This document shows positions 20,538 to 30,734 of a DNA stretch of 64,000 bases, piece by piece. The notes under the pieces were generated by a model. That model was not told the DNA's origin. It made no database searches and saw nothing but the letters and a program-made list of their open reading frames with translations. The DNA comes from Armatimonadota bacterium (GTDB lineage: Bacteria > Armatimonadota > SYMT01), in NCBI GenBank assembly GCA_046292385.1, contig JBKBRF010000039.1, positions 1 through 64,000 of the forward strand, written 5' to 3'. Numbering within the stretch: the stretch's first letter is position 1; each line of letters begins with the position of its first letter. The position numbers were made by a program, and so were the translations under genes.

Positions 20538-20610
20538 GCCCCCGTAGCTCAGGGGATAGAGCAGTTGCCTTCTAAGCAATTGGCCGCAGGTTCGAATCCT
20601 GCCGGGGGCG
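20538..20610 (+). tRNA. tRNA-Arg(TCT)
   Basis: Acceptor GCCCCCG/CGGGGGC, anticodon arm GTTGC-CTTCTAA-GCAAT, T arm GCAGG-TTCGAAT-CCTGC. No encoded CCA. Upstream TGG-TAGAAT extended -10. Confidence 0.95.
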
Positions 20611-20728
20611 TCTTCCACCTCGTGCCGGTCCCAGGGAGCGGCACGCCTCACCGCCCCGAGCGATTAGCCGCCGTCCGGCTCTCGCGAAGAGGCGGGAAAC
20701 GCTCGGCCCCGCTCGATTCTCCACCCCC

Positions 20729-21108
20729 GTCATCCTGAAGGAAAGGATCTACGTCGCGCCATCCACACCGGAGCGGGAGGCCTGGCGTGCGGACGGTACC
20801 CGGCGGAATAGCCCTCATCAGGCGGCTGGGGTGTCCCGGCCCAGTCCGGCTGCCGAGATCCTTCAGTTTCGTTCTCAAGAGAAGCCCGCCGGCAGCAGGC
20901 CCCCAACGGACCGGCGTCAGCCCAGCGTGTGCACGGCTCCGCCCCCGGGGGTCATCCTGACCGGAGGGAAGGATCTACGTCACTCAAGCCTCCGGGAGCA
21001 CGACGAGCCCTGCGTTCGGGAGCGCCCTGCCAGGCCGATCCCTCGTCACGGGAATGCGTGCTCCGGACCAACACGGCTGCCGAGATTCTTCACTGCGTTC
21101 AGAATGAC
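20729..21108 (+). repeat. Composite palindromic repeat, copy B
   Basis: Colinear with 13564-13944; two GTCATCCTGA...GGATCTACG...GAGAT(T/C)CTTCA modules. Confidence 0.9.
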
Positions 21109-21319
21109 AGATGCGCGGAGCGGTGCCTCGATCGAAGTGCCGAATGGATATCGATGGCGCGACCATCCGCTTCTCCCCCCCCCAGGGGGGCGGCCTTCCG
21201 TCATGCGGCATCGCGCGGTTTCCGTAACGGTTCTCGGACACCCACCGTTACCAAAGGTGTCGTCCAGAAGGGTGTGGAACGTGGACGTGCTTCCATTCAG
21301 CAGCTCCGGAGACCCGCGC

Positions 21320-21772
21320 ATGGACTCGATGACCTCTCGAGCGAGCAACTCGCCTCCCGAAGTGGTTCGATGGTCCCGGCGCTTCTACGGACTGCTGCTG
21401 TTTCTGTGGCTGATCGCCGCTCCGGGGCTGGCGGCACTCGCGATGGCGGCCGAACCGCAGCCCTGGGACTCGTTTAGCGCCGGCGGACTGCCGCCCGACC
21501 CGGCAATCAGCCAGGCGCTCGATGGTTTTCGAGAGCAGCACCAGGCGCGAGTCACGCAGATGGCCGGTCTGGCATTCGGAATTGGTTTTCTCTTCTCGGT
21601 TCCGGTGCTGGTGGCGCTGCTGCTCCCGCCCACCCCGGGGACCTGGGTCTACCACATCCTCGTCATCTGCCTGGGGCTCAGCGGCTGCACGCTGCCGCTC
21701 GCGGTGATCCTGCTCATCTACTGGTTCAAGCCGGAGACCCAAGCGTACTTCGGCCGGCAGACCGCGGCTTGA
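21320..21772 (+). CDS. Small hypothetical membrane protein
   Basis: 3-4 hydrophobic helices; C-terminal WFKPETQAYFG; GGAG upstream of ATG 21320. Confidence 0.7.
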   Translation: MDSMTSRASNSPPEVVRWSRRFYGLLLFLWLIAAPGLAALAMAAEPQPWDSFSAGGLPPDPAISQALDGFREQHQARVTQMAGLAFGIGFLFSVPVLVALLLPPTPGTWVYHILVICLGLSGCTLPLAVILLIYWFKPETQAYFGRQTAA

Positions 21773-22056
21773 GCGCGAATTGGCGGCGATGGGGAGTGCC
21801 GCGGCGCCGCGATGTGCGGCGACATGCTGCCTGGGGTAGCCTCCCGACGCCGGGCTCTCGGTGGTCTCATCCTGGTAATGTGGACGCAGGAGTCGGAGCG
21901 CCGTCGATTCGTCGTATCGTTCGGCCCAAGGACCCACCCGGCGTTCGACGGGGTACACTTCTCCTGCGCGGGCGCTGAGGCCCGCTCCTTTTCCGGCGTG
22001 CCGTGTCCCCGGCGCGGCCCGAGGCGCCGGGATCTCTCTGTCAGGCTGACTCCACG

Positions 22057-23772
22057 ATGAGCAACACTCCGCAGCTCAACAAGTACTCCTCCCGCATCAC
22101 CCAGCCCGCCTCGCAGGGCGCGAGCCAGGCGATGCTGATCGCGACCGGCCTCTCGCCCGCAGATCTGAACAAGCCGCAGGTCGGGATTGGCGCTGTCTGG
22201 TACGAGGGCAACCCGTGCAACATGCACCTCGCCGACCTGGCGAACCACGTCGACCGCGGCGTGGAGGCGGCGGGCGGCGTGGGGATGCGGTTCCACACGG
22301 TCGGCGTCTCGGACGGCATCTCGATGGGCACGGAGGGGATGTCGTACTCGCTCCAGTCGCGCGACCTGATCGCCGACTCGATCGAGACGATCATGGGCGC
22401 GCAGTGGTACGACGGCCTGATCGCCATTCCCGGCTGCGACAAGAACATGCCGGGGACGGTGATCGCGATGGGGCGCCTCAACCGGCCGTCGATCATGGTC
22501 TACGGCGGCACCATCCGCGCCGGCTGCGCCAAGATCCGCGGCACCGAAGAGAAGCTCGACGTCGTCTCCGCGTTCCAGTCGTACGGCCAGAGCCTGGCAG
22601 GAGCGATCTCGGAGGAAGAGCGGCGGCTGATCGTCGGCAAGAGCTGTCCCGGACAGGGCGCCTGCGGCGGGATGTACACCGCCAACACGATGTCGTCGTT
22701 CATCGAGTGCATGGGGCTCTCGCTCCCGTACTCCGCCTCGCTGCCCGCGGACGATGCGGGCAAGATCGAGGAGTGCGTGCGGGCAGGCGCGGCGATGCTG
22801 AAGCTGCTGGAGCTCGACCTGAAGCCGCGCGACCTCGTGACGCGGCAGTCGTTCATCAACGCGATGCGGCTCACCATCGTCCTCGGCGGCAGCACCAACG
22901 CGGTGCTCCACTCGATCGCGATGGCCCGCGCGTTCGACCTCGACATCACGATCGAGGACTGGCAGCGGGTGAGCGACGAGACGCCGCTCCTGGCCGACTT
23001 CCGCCCCTCCGGCAAGTTCGTGATGGAAGACCTGCACCGCTACGGCGGCCTGCCGGCGGTGATCGCGATGCTGATCGAGCGGGGCCTCATCGACGGCGGC
23101 CAGATGACGATCACCGGCAAGACGCTGGCGGAGAACGTCCGCGACCTGCCGAAGCTGGAGCCGTTCGGCGACGGCCCGGGCCGGCAGCCGATCGTCCACG
23201 GCTGGGACAACCCGATCAAGAAGGACGGCCACATCCGGATCCTGCGCGGCAACCTGGCACCGGAGGGCGCGGTCGCCAAGATCACCGGCAAGGAAGGCCT
23301 CAGCTTCTCCGGCCCCGCGCGCGTCTTCGACTCCGAAGAGGACATGCTGCGCGGGCTGGAGCAGAAGCGGATTCACAAGGGCGACGTGATCATCATCCGC
23401 TACGAGGGCCCCAAGGGTGGCCCCGGCATGCCGGAGATGCTCACCCCCACCAGCGCCCTCGCCGGCTACGGAATCCTGAACGACGTGGCGCTGATCACCG
23501 ACGGTCGCTTCAGCGGCGGCAGCCACGGGTTCATCATCGGTCACGTCACGCCGGAGGCGATCGAGGGTGGACCGATTGGGCTGGTGCAGGACGGTGATAC
23601 GGTGGTCATCGACGCGGTGAACAACTCGATTGACGTGCAGGTGCCGGACGAAGAGCTGCAGGCTCGCCGGTCCGCGTGGCAGAAGCCGCCGTACAAGGCG
23701 ACCCGCGGCGCGCTCCACAAGTACCTCAAGCTGGTGAAGAGCGCTTCCGAGGGCTGCGTCACCGACGAGTAA
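22057..23772 (+). CDS. ilvD: Dihydroxy-acid dehydratase
   Basis: [60 protein letters not shown]. Confidence 0.97.
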   Translation: MSNTPQLNKYSSRITQPASQGASQAMLIATGLSPADLNKPQVGIGAVWYEGNPCNMHLADLANHVDRGVEAAGGVGMRFHTVGVSDGISMGTEGMSYSLQSRDLIADSIETIMGAQWYDGLIAIPGCDKNMPGTVIAMGRLNRPSIMVYGGTIRAGCAKIRGTEEKLDVVSAFQSYGQSLAGAISEEERRLIVGKSCPGQGACGGMYTANTMSSFIECMGLSLPYSASLPADDAGKIEECVRAGAAMLKLLELDLKPRDLVTRQSFINAMRLTIVLGGSTNAVLHSIAMARAFDLDITIEDWQRVSDETPLLADFRPSGKFVMEDLHRYGGLPAVIAMLIERGLIDGGQMTITGKTLAENVRDLPKLEPFGDGPGRQPIVHGWDNPIKKDGHIRILRGNLAPEGAVAKITGKEGLSFSGPARVFDSEEDMLRGLEQKRIHKGDVIIIRYEGPKGGPGMPEMLTPTSALAGYGILNDVALITDGRFSGGSHGFIIGHVTPEAIEGGPIGLVQDGDTVVIDAVNNSIDVQVPDEELQARRSAWQKPPYKATRGALHKYLKLVKSASEGCVTDE

Positions 23773-23863
23773 GCCTTCAGCAGGTAGCAGGCACCGTTTC
23801 GAGGGGTGCCGGGAGCGCCGGGTCGACCGGGTTTCCGGCACCCCTGTTTCGTAGCGCGGCATC

Positions 23864-24796
23864 TCAACCGGGGAAGCGGCCCGCGGTTCCGGAGATCGCC
23901 CGCTCCTGGGCGGCGCGGAACCGGTCCGCTTCGGTGTGGAGCACCAGCAGCCCACCCGTGCCGGAAAGCTCGCTCGCGATGCACAGGCTCAGGTGGAGGA
24001 GCCGCGAGCCGGTGAGCACGTGCACCCGCCGCAGCGAGTCTCGCCGGGCGAGGAACCAGGCGGTCCAGTCCTCCGAGACGGACGCCGCCGCGCTCACTGC
24101 TTCGGTCGTGTCGATGAACAGCTCCGCCGGCTGCCGGCACTCCGCCACCCGCGCCTGCAGCTCGTCCAGCGGGATCGGGCCCAGCTCGCCGGTGTCGTGC
24201 CCCGAGATCGAGACCCCGACGGCGCTCGGTCCCAGCTCGCGGAAGTGGAAGGAGCAGCTCGGGCCGGCGATGCGGACGGAGCCGTCCTCCAGCACCTCCC
24301 GTCGGCAGCGGGAGGGCTCCTCCTCCGCCACCCGCTGGGACGGCAGCTTTACAAAGCCCGGCACCGCGCGGCCAATTGCTTCCTCGAACTGCTCCAGGTC
24401 GGTGTAGATCGTCATCAGCCCGCCGGTGTGGGAGAAGTGCTTCACCAGGGAGACGGTCAGCTCCAGCCCCTTCGAGCCGACCAGCAGACTCACCCGCTTC
24501 AGCGAGCCGCGGTTTTCCACGAACCACGCGGTCCAGGCATCCGAAACCTTTGGGTCGACCCGCGTCGCCTGGCGGGTATCGACGAACAGCTCGATCGGCG
24601 CCCGGAAGCGGTCGACGGCGCCCTGTAGCTCCGCAAACGGGGCAGACCCGAACCGGCCGGTGTCGTGCCCGTACACCGTCAGGAGCACCACCCCCGGCCG
24701 CAGCCGCGTGAAGACCAGCGAGCAGTCGCCCTCCCGCAGCCGCACCGACCCGTCCCGCAGCGTCTCCCGCTCAATCGTCGCGTCCACGTCTCGCAC
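23864..24796 (-). CDS. Hypothetical protein with two tandem copies of a STAS/SpoIIAA-like domain
   Basis: Internal duplication of DGSVR..GHDTG..ELF(V/I)DT..VS..WTAWF..R.SL.RV..L.GS. Confidence 0.7.
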   Translation of the reverse strand: MRDVDATIERETLRDGSVRLREGDCSLVFTRLRPGVVLLTVYGHDTGRFGSAPFAELQGAVDRFRAPIELFVDTRQATRVDPKVSDAWTAWFVENRGSLKRVSLLVGSKGLELTVSLVKHFSHTGGLMTIYTDLEQFEEAIGRAVPGFVKLPSQRVAEEEPSRCRREVLEDGSVRIAGPSCSFHFRELGPSAVGVSISGHDTGELGPIPLDELQARVAECRQPAELFIDTTEAVSAAASVSEDWTAWFLARRDSLRRVHVLTGSRLLHLSLCIASELSGTGGLLVLHTEADRFRAAQERAISGTAGRFPG

Positions 24797-24799
24797 TCC

Positions 24800-25399
24800 T
24801 CACTCTGCCCGTTTGAACGCGTGGATCAGGAAGTCCGAGATGAACGCCGCCAGGCGCTCCTCGCTGAAGCGCTCCCCCTCGAACTGCCGCCACATGGAAA
24901 AGATGAAGCCCGGCCCCAGCAGCACCCGCGCCGCCAGCTCCGGGTCGACCGCCCGGAGCTCACCGTCGTCCGCCGCCCGCTGGAAGAGCTGCTCCAGCCG
25001 CGCCACCGTCTCCCGGAAAAGCGTGCCGAGTCCCAGCTCCTCCACGTGGCCGTCCAGGAGGCAGCGGTCGACCACCCGCATCGGCAGCGGCTGGTGCCAG
25101 AGCAGGCGGAGGTGCCCGCGCGCGAACGCCGCCAGCCGCTCCGACGCCGTACCGAGCCCGGAGATCGTCTCCTCCGCCATGCGGATGAAGAGGCCGAGGC
25201 CGCCTTCCACGACCGCCGCATAGAGGGCGCGTTTGTCCTTCCAGTAGTAGAACGGCAGCCCGCGATTGACCCCCGCCAGCTCGGTGATCTCCACGATGGC
25301 GGTGCCGTCGTATCCCTTCTCCGCGAAGAGCTGCTCCGCCGCCCGGAAGATCCGCTCCCGCGCACTCGCCACCCCCTCCGGTGTCACCGTCCGCGCCAT
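24800..25399 (-). CDS. TetR/AcrR-family transcriptional regulator
   Basis: RERIFRAAEQLFAEKGYDGT..EITELAGVNRG..YYWKDKRALY HTH. Confidence 0.92.
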   Translation of the reverse strand: MARTVTPEGVASARERIFRAAEQLFAEKGYDGTAIVEITELAGVNRGLPFYYWKDKRALYAAVVEGGLGLFIRMAEETISGLGTASERLAAFARGHLRLLWHQPLPMRVVDRCLLDGHVEELGLGTLFRETVARLEQLFQRAADDGELRAVDPELAARVLLGPGFIFSMWRQFEGERFSEERLAAFISDFLIHAFKRAE

Positions 25400-25438
25400 T
25401 CCACGTCCCCCACCGTATGCTACCGCCTGAACAGGATT

Positions 25439-25458
25439 AATTAATCACTTGATTAATT
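25439..25458. promoter_or_regulatory. Probable TetR operator
   Basis: Perfect AT-rich palindrome AATTAATCA-CT-TGATTAATT 40 nt upstream of tetR. Confidence 0.7.
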
Positions 25459-25610
25459 GCCGTGGTTCAAAGAGCCGGATTTCGGGAGGGCGGGAGGGCG
25501 GGAGGGGAAGGGTGGCTGACTGTACGGCGAGATCACGATCGCCGTGTCGAATTGGGGCGGCTGCGGGGCCGGATTCCCGCGGGTCAACCGTCTTCCGGGG
25601 AGCGGGTGAA

Positions 25611-26012
25611 ATGCAAGCGTGGACGCCGTTCGTGCACGTGCCGGGTCGGGTGGTCGACCCGGATGGGGTAGAAGGCACGCTCTGGCAGAACAACCGCTAC
25701 CAGGTGGTGCTGCGCCGCCGGGAGGTCTCGCTGTTCGGCCCCTGCGTACACCTGACGATCCGCAGCCTGGACGGCGAGCCGCGTCACGACTGGCGCGACT
25801 TCCAGCGGATCAAGAACGAGCTGGTCGGGCCGGAGACGGAGGGGGTGGAGCTTTACCCCGCCGAGAGCCGCCTGGTCGACACCGCCAACCACTACCACCT
25901 CTGGGTCTTCCCCGAGTACCGCTTCCCGTTCGGCATGACCGCGCGAGACGTCTCCTCCGGCACCCCCGGCGTCAGCCAGCGTGACCTGCTGGAGCCGGAA
26001 GATAACGAGTAG
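25611..26012 (+). CDS. Conserved hypothetical protein (HDWRDFQRIKNELVG..ELYPAESRLVD.AN.YHLW family)
   Basis: Protein-like composition; from recall this motif set is frequent in phages. Confidence 0.7.
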   Translation: MQAWTPFVHVPGRVVDPDGVEGTLWQNNRYQVVLRRREVSLFGPCVHLTIRSLDGEPRHDWRDFQRIKNELVGPETEGVELYPAESRLVDTANHYHLWVFPEYRFPFGMTARDVSSGTPGVSQRDLLEPEDNE

Positions 26013-26035
26013 ACACGAAGTACTGCCGGGTTCCC

Positions 26036-26059
26036 GCCTCGGACTGAAGTCGAGGCTAC
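26036..26059 (-). repeat. GTAG-type REP palindrome
   Basis: Minus strand GTAGCCTCGACTTCAGTCCGAGGC. Confidence 0.55.
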
Positions 26060-26235
26060 AGATAGCGAAGCCCGCCTGCGCGGGCTCAGAACCGCCGGAC
26101 CAAGATCCTTGCGTGGACCAGGTGACATCCCTAGCTTCCGGCGCGGCGCCGCAGCAAGCCTACAGACTCAGGCTCGATCGGCTGTCCCATCCCCACTATC
26201 CCCGTTCCCACCTCTCCCCATCCCCTGAAAGACCC

Positions 26236-26787
26236 TCAGAGCCCCAGCTCTTCGTGGATCTCTTGGAGCGCCGCGATGCAGGTGGCGATGTGCTCGTCGA
26301 CCTCCACGCCCAGGAGCGCGGCGCCTTCGGTGATGTCTTCGCGGCGGACCGCCCGCGCGAACGCCTTGTCTTTCATCTTCTTGCGGACCGACTTTACGTC
26401 AACCTCGGAGAGGCTCCGGGAGGGGCGGACGTAGGCGACGGCGGTGATGAAGCCGGAGAGCTCGTCGACGGCGAAGAGCGCCTTCTTCAGCGGGGTGTCG
26501 CGCGGGATCTCGTTCCACTCCGCGTGGGAGAGGATCGCCTCCACGACCTCCTCGTCCACGCCGCGCTTCCGCAAGATCTTCGCGCCTTCCTGGGTGTGCG
26601 CGGGCGGCTCCGGCCAGCGCTCGTAGTCGAAGTCGTGCAGCAGGCCGGTCAGCGCCCACTTCTGCTCGTCCTCGCCCAGCTTGCGGGCATAGGCGCGCAG
26701 GGAGGCTTCCACGGCGTAGGCGTGCTTCCTCAGGCTCTCGCTCTCGGTGTACTCGTGCAGCAGGGACAGCGCTTCGTCTCGGGTCAT
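26236..26787 (-). CDS. HD-domain (HDIG-type) metal-dependent phosphohydrolase
   Basis: SLRKHAYAVE, GLLHDFDYE, AILSHA, LFAVDELSGFI. Confidence 0.9.
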   Translation of the reverse strand: MTRDEALSLLHEYTESESLRKHAYAVEASLRAYARKLGEDEQKWALTGLLHDFDYERWPEPPAHTQEGAKILRKRGVDEEVVEAILSHAEWNEIPRDTPLKKALFAVDELSGFITAVAYVRPSRSLSEVDVKSVRKKMKDKAFARAVRREDITEGAALLGVEVDEHIATCIAALQEIHEELGL

Positions 26788-26891
26788 GGAGAACAGTCCT
26801 CGGAGGGGCGACGGGGCCAGGGAGGGGCTCGGCCCTTCGGGGCGGCGTTGGGCTACAATGAGGAGACGCCGCGGAGCCGAGACCCGACGCC

Positions 26892-27278
26892 ATGCCCCAT
26901 TTCGAAAAGCACTTCACCGTCGAGGAGGCAAACGCCCTCCTGCCGGAGCTGCGCACGCTGCTCCAGGAGATCAAGGAAGCCCGGGATCACCTGGTGGTCG
27001 ACTCCGAAGCGGCGATGCCGGTGCTCCGGATGGCGGAGATGAACGGCGGCGGGAAGGAAGGCAACGCCTACCTGAGCTCGCTCCAGCAGCTTAATGCCCG
27101 GCTGCAGGCGGTGGCGGAGCTGGGAGTGCAGGTCAAAGAGGTGGACCGCGGCCTCGTCGACTTCCCCGCCTGGCGAGACGGCCGCGAGGTCTTCCTCTGC
27201 TGGCACCTCGGCGAGGAGACGGTCGACTACTGGCACGAGTTGGAAGCCGGCTACCGCGGAAGACAACCGATCGGCTAG
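26892..27278 (+). CDS. DUF2203 family protein
   Basis: FTVEEANALLP and GLVDFP..GREVFLCWHLGE..YWH..AGY.GRQP. Confidence 0.9.
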   Translation: MPHFEKHFTVEEANALLPELRTLLQEIKEARDHLVVDSEAAMPVLRMAEMNGGGKEGNAYLSSLQQLNARLQAVAELGVQVKEVDRGLVDFPAWRDGREVFLCWHLGEETVDYWHELEAGYRGRQPIG

Positions 27279-27423
27279 CGCCGATCGAGGGTCTAGGGGC
27301 CAGGGTCTAGGGTATAGGCGCGAACCCTCTCCCGAAGCAACTCAATCTCGTCGCGAGACGCTCCCTGTCTACCGATATGGTGTTCCCCTACACCCTAAAC
27401 CCTATCCCCTAACCCCTGGACAA

Positions 27424-27747
27424 ATGCCTTTCATCCACGTAGCCGACCGCTTCCAGTTCCGCCCGGAGAAGCTGAACAAGATCAACCTGTTCGACGCGCC
27501 GCAGATGTTCCTGGACGTCTACTGCCTGGAGCCGGGGCAGGAGCAGAAGCCGCACGAGCATGCCGGGGCGGCGAAGTTCTACTACGTGCTCCAGGGCGAG
27601 GGGACGTTTTTGGTCGACGGCGAGGAGCGCGTCCTCGGTCCCGGCCACGCGGTCTTCGCGCCGGAAGGGGAGCCGCACGGCGTGCGGAACGACTCCGCGG
27701 AGCGGCTGACGCTGCTGGTCGGCATGGCCCCGAACCCGAACGCCTGA
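27424..27747 (+). CDS. Cupin domain protein
   Basis: PGQEQKPHEH..YYVLQGEG and GEPHGVRN. Confidence 0.9.
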   Translation: MPFIHVADRFQFRPEKLNKINLFDAPQMFLDVYCLEPGQEQKPHEHAGAAKFYYVLQGEGTFLVDGEERVLGPGHAVFAPEGEPHGVRNDSAERLTLLVGMAPNPNA

Positions 27748-27768
27748 AGCGCCCGGACCTCACTCGAG

Positions 27769-28119
27769 ATGATCACCTTCTATTACAAGTCGACCTGAAC
27801 CACGTGCCGGAACGCCAGGAGTTTCCTGCGCGAGCAAGGGGTGGAGCTGACGGAGCGGGACATGTCGAAGTCGCCGCTCTACGAGGACGAGGTGCGGGCG
27901 CTCGTCGGCGACCGCGATTACCTCCCGTTCCTCAACCCGCGGAACGAGCTGTACCGGGAGCGGGGAATGAGGCAGAGCCCGCCGTCCCGGGAGGAGGCGC
28001 TGCGGCTGATGGCGGAGCACCCGAACCTGATCCGCCGCCCGCTCCTGGTGAAGGGGGCGGAGGTGGTCTACGGATTCGACGAGGCAGCGTACCGGCGCCT
28101 GATCACAGAGGAGGCCTGA
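27769..28119 (+). CDS. ArsC/Spx-family redox protein, probable selenoprotein (UxxC)
   Basis: ATG 27769 gives MITFYYKST-TGA(27796)-TTCRNARSFL, in frame with ORF 27841-28119 (HPNLIRRPLL..VYGFD). SECIS-like hairpin at 27813-27832. Confidence 0.85.
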
Positions 28120-28120
28120 C

Positions 28121-28681
28121 GTGGCGGAAGCGGCAGCCCGGCTGCGTGAGATCACGCTGGACGAAGCGGCGCGCCTGGACCCCGACACCGAAGCCGGCGA
28201 GGTGGTGGAAGGAGTGTGGGCTCCGGTGACACGCAACAGCTACCGCCACGGCGAGGTGGTGGGGAACGCGACCTTTCTGCTCACCGGCTGGGCACGCACT
28301 CACTCCGGGTGGCGCGTAGCCGCCGGCGATCCGGGCACCAGGCTCGGCGAAGAACCAGCGACGCTCCTCGGACCGGACGTAGCGGTCTATCGGGAGGAGC
28401 GGCGGCCCTCCGGCCGTGGCCGCGCGGGATGGCTCGATGGAGCGCCGGAGGTGGCGGTGGAGATCCTGGGCGACACGCAGTCAATGACGGCGCTGCTGCA
28501 GAAGGGACAGCGGTACCTGGGGGCGGGCGCGCTGCTCGTCTGGGTGCTCGATCCGGAGGCGGAGCGGGTGGTGGAGCTCTCCCCGCCCAACCAGCTCCGG
28601 ATCCTGGGACCGGAAGAGACTTTAGAGGCGGAAGAGGTGCTGCCGGACTTCTCGTGCCGCGTAGCGGAGCTGTTTGTCTGA
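28121..28681 (+). CDS. Uma2/DUF820-family PD-(D/E)XK endonuclease-like protein
   Basis: EVVEG..H, GPDVA, APEVAVEI, K..Y..AG..LVWVLDP, VLPDF. Confidence 0.88.
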   Translation: MAEAAARLREITLDEAARLDPDTEAGEVVEGVWAPVTRNSYRHGEVVGNATFLLTGWARTHSGWRVAAGDPGTRLGEEPATLLGPDVAVYREERRPSGRGRAGWLDGAPEVAVEILGDTQSMTALLQKGQRYLGAGALLVWVLDPEAERVVELSPPNQLRILGPEETLEAEEVLPDFSCRVAELFV

Positions 28682-30225
28682 TGGGTTCATCGCTTTCCCC
28701 GGAGGAGCGCGCGCTCCTCGCCCCGTACGTGACGTCGCTCGACTCGCCGGTCTTCGTGCTGAAGAACCTGCCGGAAGAGGTGGTCGCCGTCCTCTTCGCC
28801 TACTACTCCCGCAGCCTGCACGACCTCCGCGCCAACCTGCTGCGGCTGCTGCAGGACCAGGACCTGGCGGTAGCGCCCGCCGCCGCGGAGGCGGACGACG
28901 AGGAAGCGCTCGCCGTCGCGCGGCAGAAGGCGAAGGAGTTCCACGAGAAGTGGGTGGTCGGCTACGGCCACGCCTCCGTCGCGGAGCATGCCGTCGCGCA
29001 CGTGGCGATCGAGGAGGTCTCGATCGTCGCCAGCAAGGTGATCGAGGACGCCCGGCTGGCCGCGTACACGGAGAAGTCGACCCGCTATGTCCCGTTCCCG
29101 CGGGCCTACTACCCCGCGCCGGAGCTGGAGGGGCAGGCGGCATCCGTCTACCGGGAGTGCATGGAGCACCTGTTCGACGTCTACGAGACGCTCCTGCCGC
29201 AGGTGACGGAGCGGGTGATGGAGACGGCCGACCGGAGCGAGTTCAAGACGGAGCGCGGCTTCCGGAACTCGTGCCAGGCGCAGGCGTGTGACGCGCTGCG
29301 CTACCTGCTGCCGGCTGCCACGCACACCAACATCGGCCTTACGGCGAACGCCCGCACGCTGGAGCACCTGATCTCCAAGATGCTCTCCCACCCGCTGGCG
29401 GAGGTGCAGGAAGCCGGGGAGCGGATCCGCGTGGAGGCGACCAAGGTGATCCCCACGCTGATCAAGTACGCCCGCCGCAGCGACTACCGCGCCGAGACGC
29501 CGGTGGCGATGGAAGCGCTCGCCGCGGAGCTGCTGCCGCCACAGCCGCGCCGGGAGTCGCAGAAGAGCGTGGAGCTGGTGCAGTCGCCCACGGAGGCCGA
29601 AGCGCGTCTCGCCGCGGCGATCCTGTACGAGTTCACCGGGGAGTCGTACGCGGAGGTGTGGGAGCGGGTGCAGGCCCTCGACCGCGCGGCGCACGAGCGG
29701 GTGATCGAGGAGTACCTCCGCCGCCGCCGCACCTACGGCGACGCGAAGCACGGCTACACCGACCCGCCGCTCCGCTCGCTGGAGCATCTCTACTTCACCT
29801 GCGACATCCTGGTCGACTACGGCGCGTTCCGGGATATCCAACGGCACCGGATGGCCACGCAGACCACGCAGCGGCTGACCTGCGAGCACGGGTACGACGT
29901 GCCGGAGCTGCTGGAGCGGTATGGCTTTGCGGACCAGTTCCACCAGGCGATGACCAGCGCGGCGGAGGCGTTTGAGCAGCTGGCGGCGGCCCACCCGGAC
30001 GAGGCGCAGTACCTGGTCCCGCTCGCCTACCGCAAGCGGGTGCTCTTCACCTGGAACCTGCGGGAGCTGCACCACTTCATCAGCCTCCGCTCCGCGCGCC
30101 AGGGGCACCCGTCGTACCGCCGTATCGCGCAGGAGGTCTACCGGGAGCTGGAGCGGGCGCACCCGTTCCTGGCGCGCTTCATCCGCGTCGACATGGACGA
30201 GTACGACATGACCCGGCCCGGATAG
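28681..30225 (+). CDS. thyX: FAD-dependent thymidylate synthase, long two-domain form
   Basis: GYGHASVAEH, EKSTRY, LRYLLP, RDIQRHR, NLRELHHFISLRS. TGATG coupling to the Uma2 gene. Confidence 0.9.
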   Translation: MGSSLSPEERALLAPYVTSLDSPVFVLKNLPEEVVAVLFAYYSRSLHDLRANLLRLLQDQDLAVAPAAAEADDEEALAVARQKAKEFHEKWVVGYGHASVAEHAVAHVAIEEVSIVASKVIEDARLAAYTEKSTRYVPFPRAYYPAPELEGQAASVYRECMEHLFDVYETLLPQVTERVMETADRSEFKTERGFRNSCQAQACDALRYLLPAATHTNIGLTANARTLEHLISKMLSHPLAEVQEAGERIRVEATKVIPTLIKYARRSDYRAETPVAMEALAAELLPPQPRRESQKSVELVQSPTEAEARLAAAILYEFTGESYAEVWERVQALDRAAHERVIEEYLRRRRTYGDAKHGYTDPPLRSLEHLYFTCDILVDYGAFRDIQRHRMATQTTQRLTCEHGYDVPELLERYGFADQFHQAMTSAAEAFEQLAAAHPDEAQYLVPLAYRKRVLFTWNLRELHHFISLRSARQGHPSYRRIAQEVYRELERAHPFLARFIRVDMDEYDMTRPG

Positions 30226-30239
30226 GAGAAGCAGCCCCA

Positions 30240-30647
30240 ATGAGCACCGAAGCCCCGCTCGCGATCATCGCGGACGACAACCTGATGTTCGCCATGATGG
30301 CGGAGCCGGCCCTCAAGCGCTGCGGCTACCGCACCCGCACTCTCTCCGGCGGCCCCGGATCAGCCGCCCGGATCGCCGCGGAGGCGCCGGAGCTGGTGCT
30401 GGTGAATCTCGCCTCCACCCGCTACCCCGGCGCCGACCTGATCCGCGACCTTCGCGCCGAGCCGGCGACCGCGGAGACGCCGGTGATCGGCTACGCCGGC
30501 CACGTGGAGCGCGACCTCCTGCAGGCCGGCCGCGACGCCGGCGCCACCCTGGTAGTTCCCAACTCCGCCATCTCCCGCGCCCTGCCCGAAGTCCTGGAGA
30601 AGCTCCAGCGCCGCCTCGCCGGAGAACCTGTCTCGGAAGAGGACTGA
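30240..30647 (+). CDS. Stand-alone atypical receiver (REC) domain protein
   Basis: IIADDN..PELVLVNL..PVIGY..AGA; the phospho-acceptor Asp position carries Asn. Confidence 0.8.
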   Translation: MSTEAPLAIIADDNLMFAMMAEPALKRCGYRTRTLSGGPGSAARIAAEAPELVLVNLASTRYPGADLIRDLRAEPATAETPVIGYAGHVERDLLQAGRDAGATLVVPNSAISRALPEVLEKLQRRLAGEPVSEED

Positions 30648-30734
30648 TCAGCCTCCGTGCTATCGGCGGGGTGTCCACGCCCTCCGAGTCTCTTCCAAAG
30701 CCCGCCGGAGCGGAGCGTAGGCGGGCATACTGTG

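Noticed and set aside
21780..22056. ilvD leader peptide or T-box attenuator
   Set aside because: No short Ile/Leu/Val-rich ORF with a terminator and no T-box motif recognised.
25611..26012. Prophage suggested by a phage-like hypothetical gene
   Set aside because: No integrase, structural or lysis genes nearby; the flanks are ordinary host genes.
28216..28680. N-terminal extension of ThyX (669-aa ORF), and likewise the long extensions 60446-61774 and 61780-62676
   Set aside because: They overlap real genes in other frames or on the other strand. True starts are the coupled or signal-peptide ATGs at 28681, 61775 and 62677.
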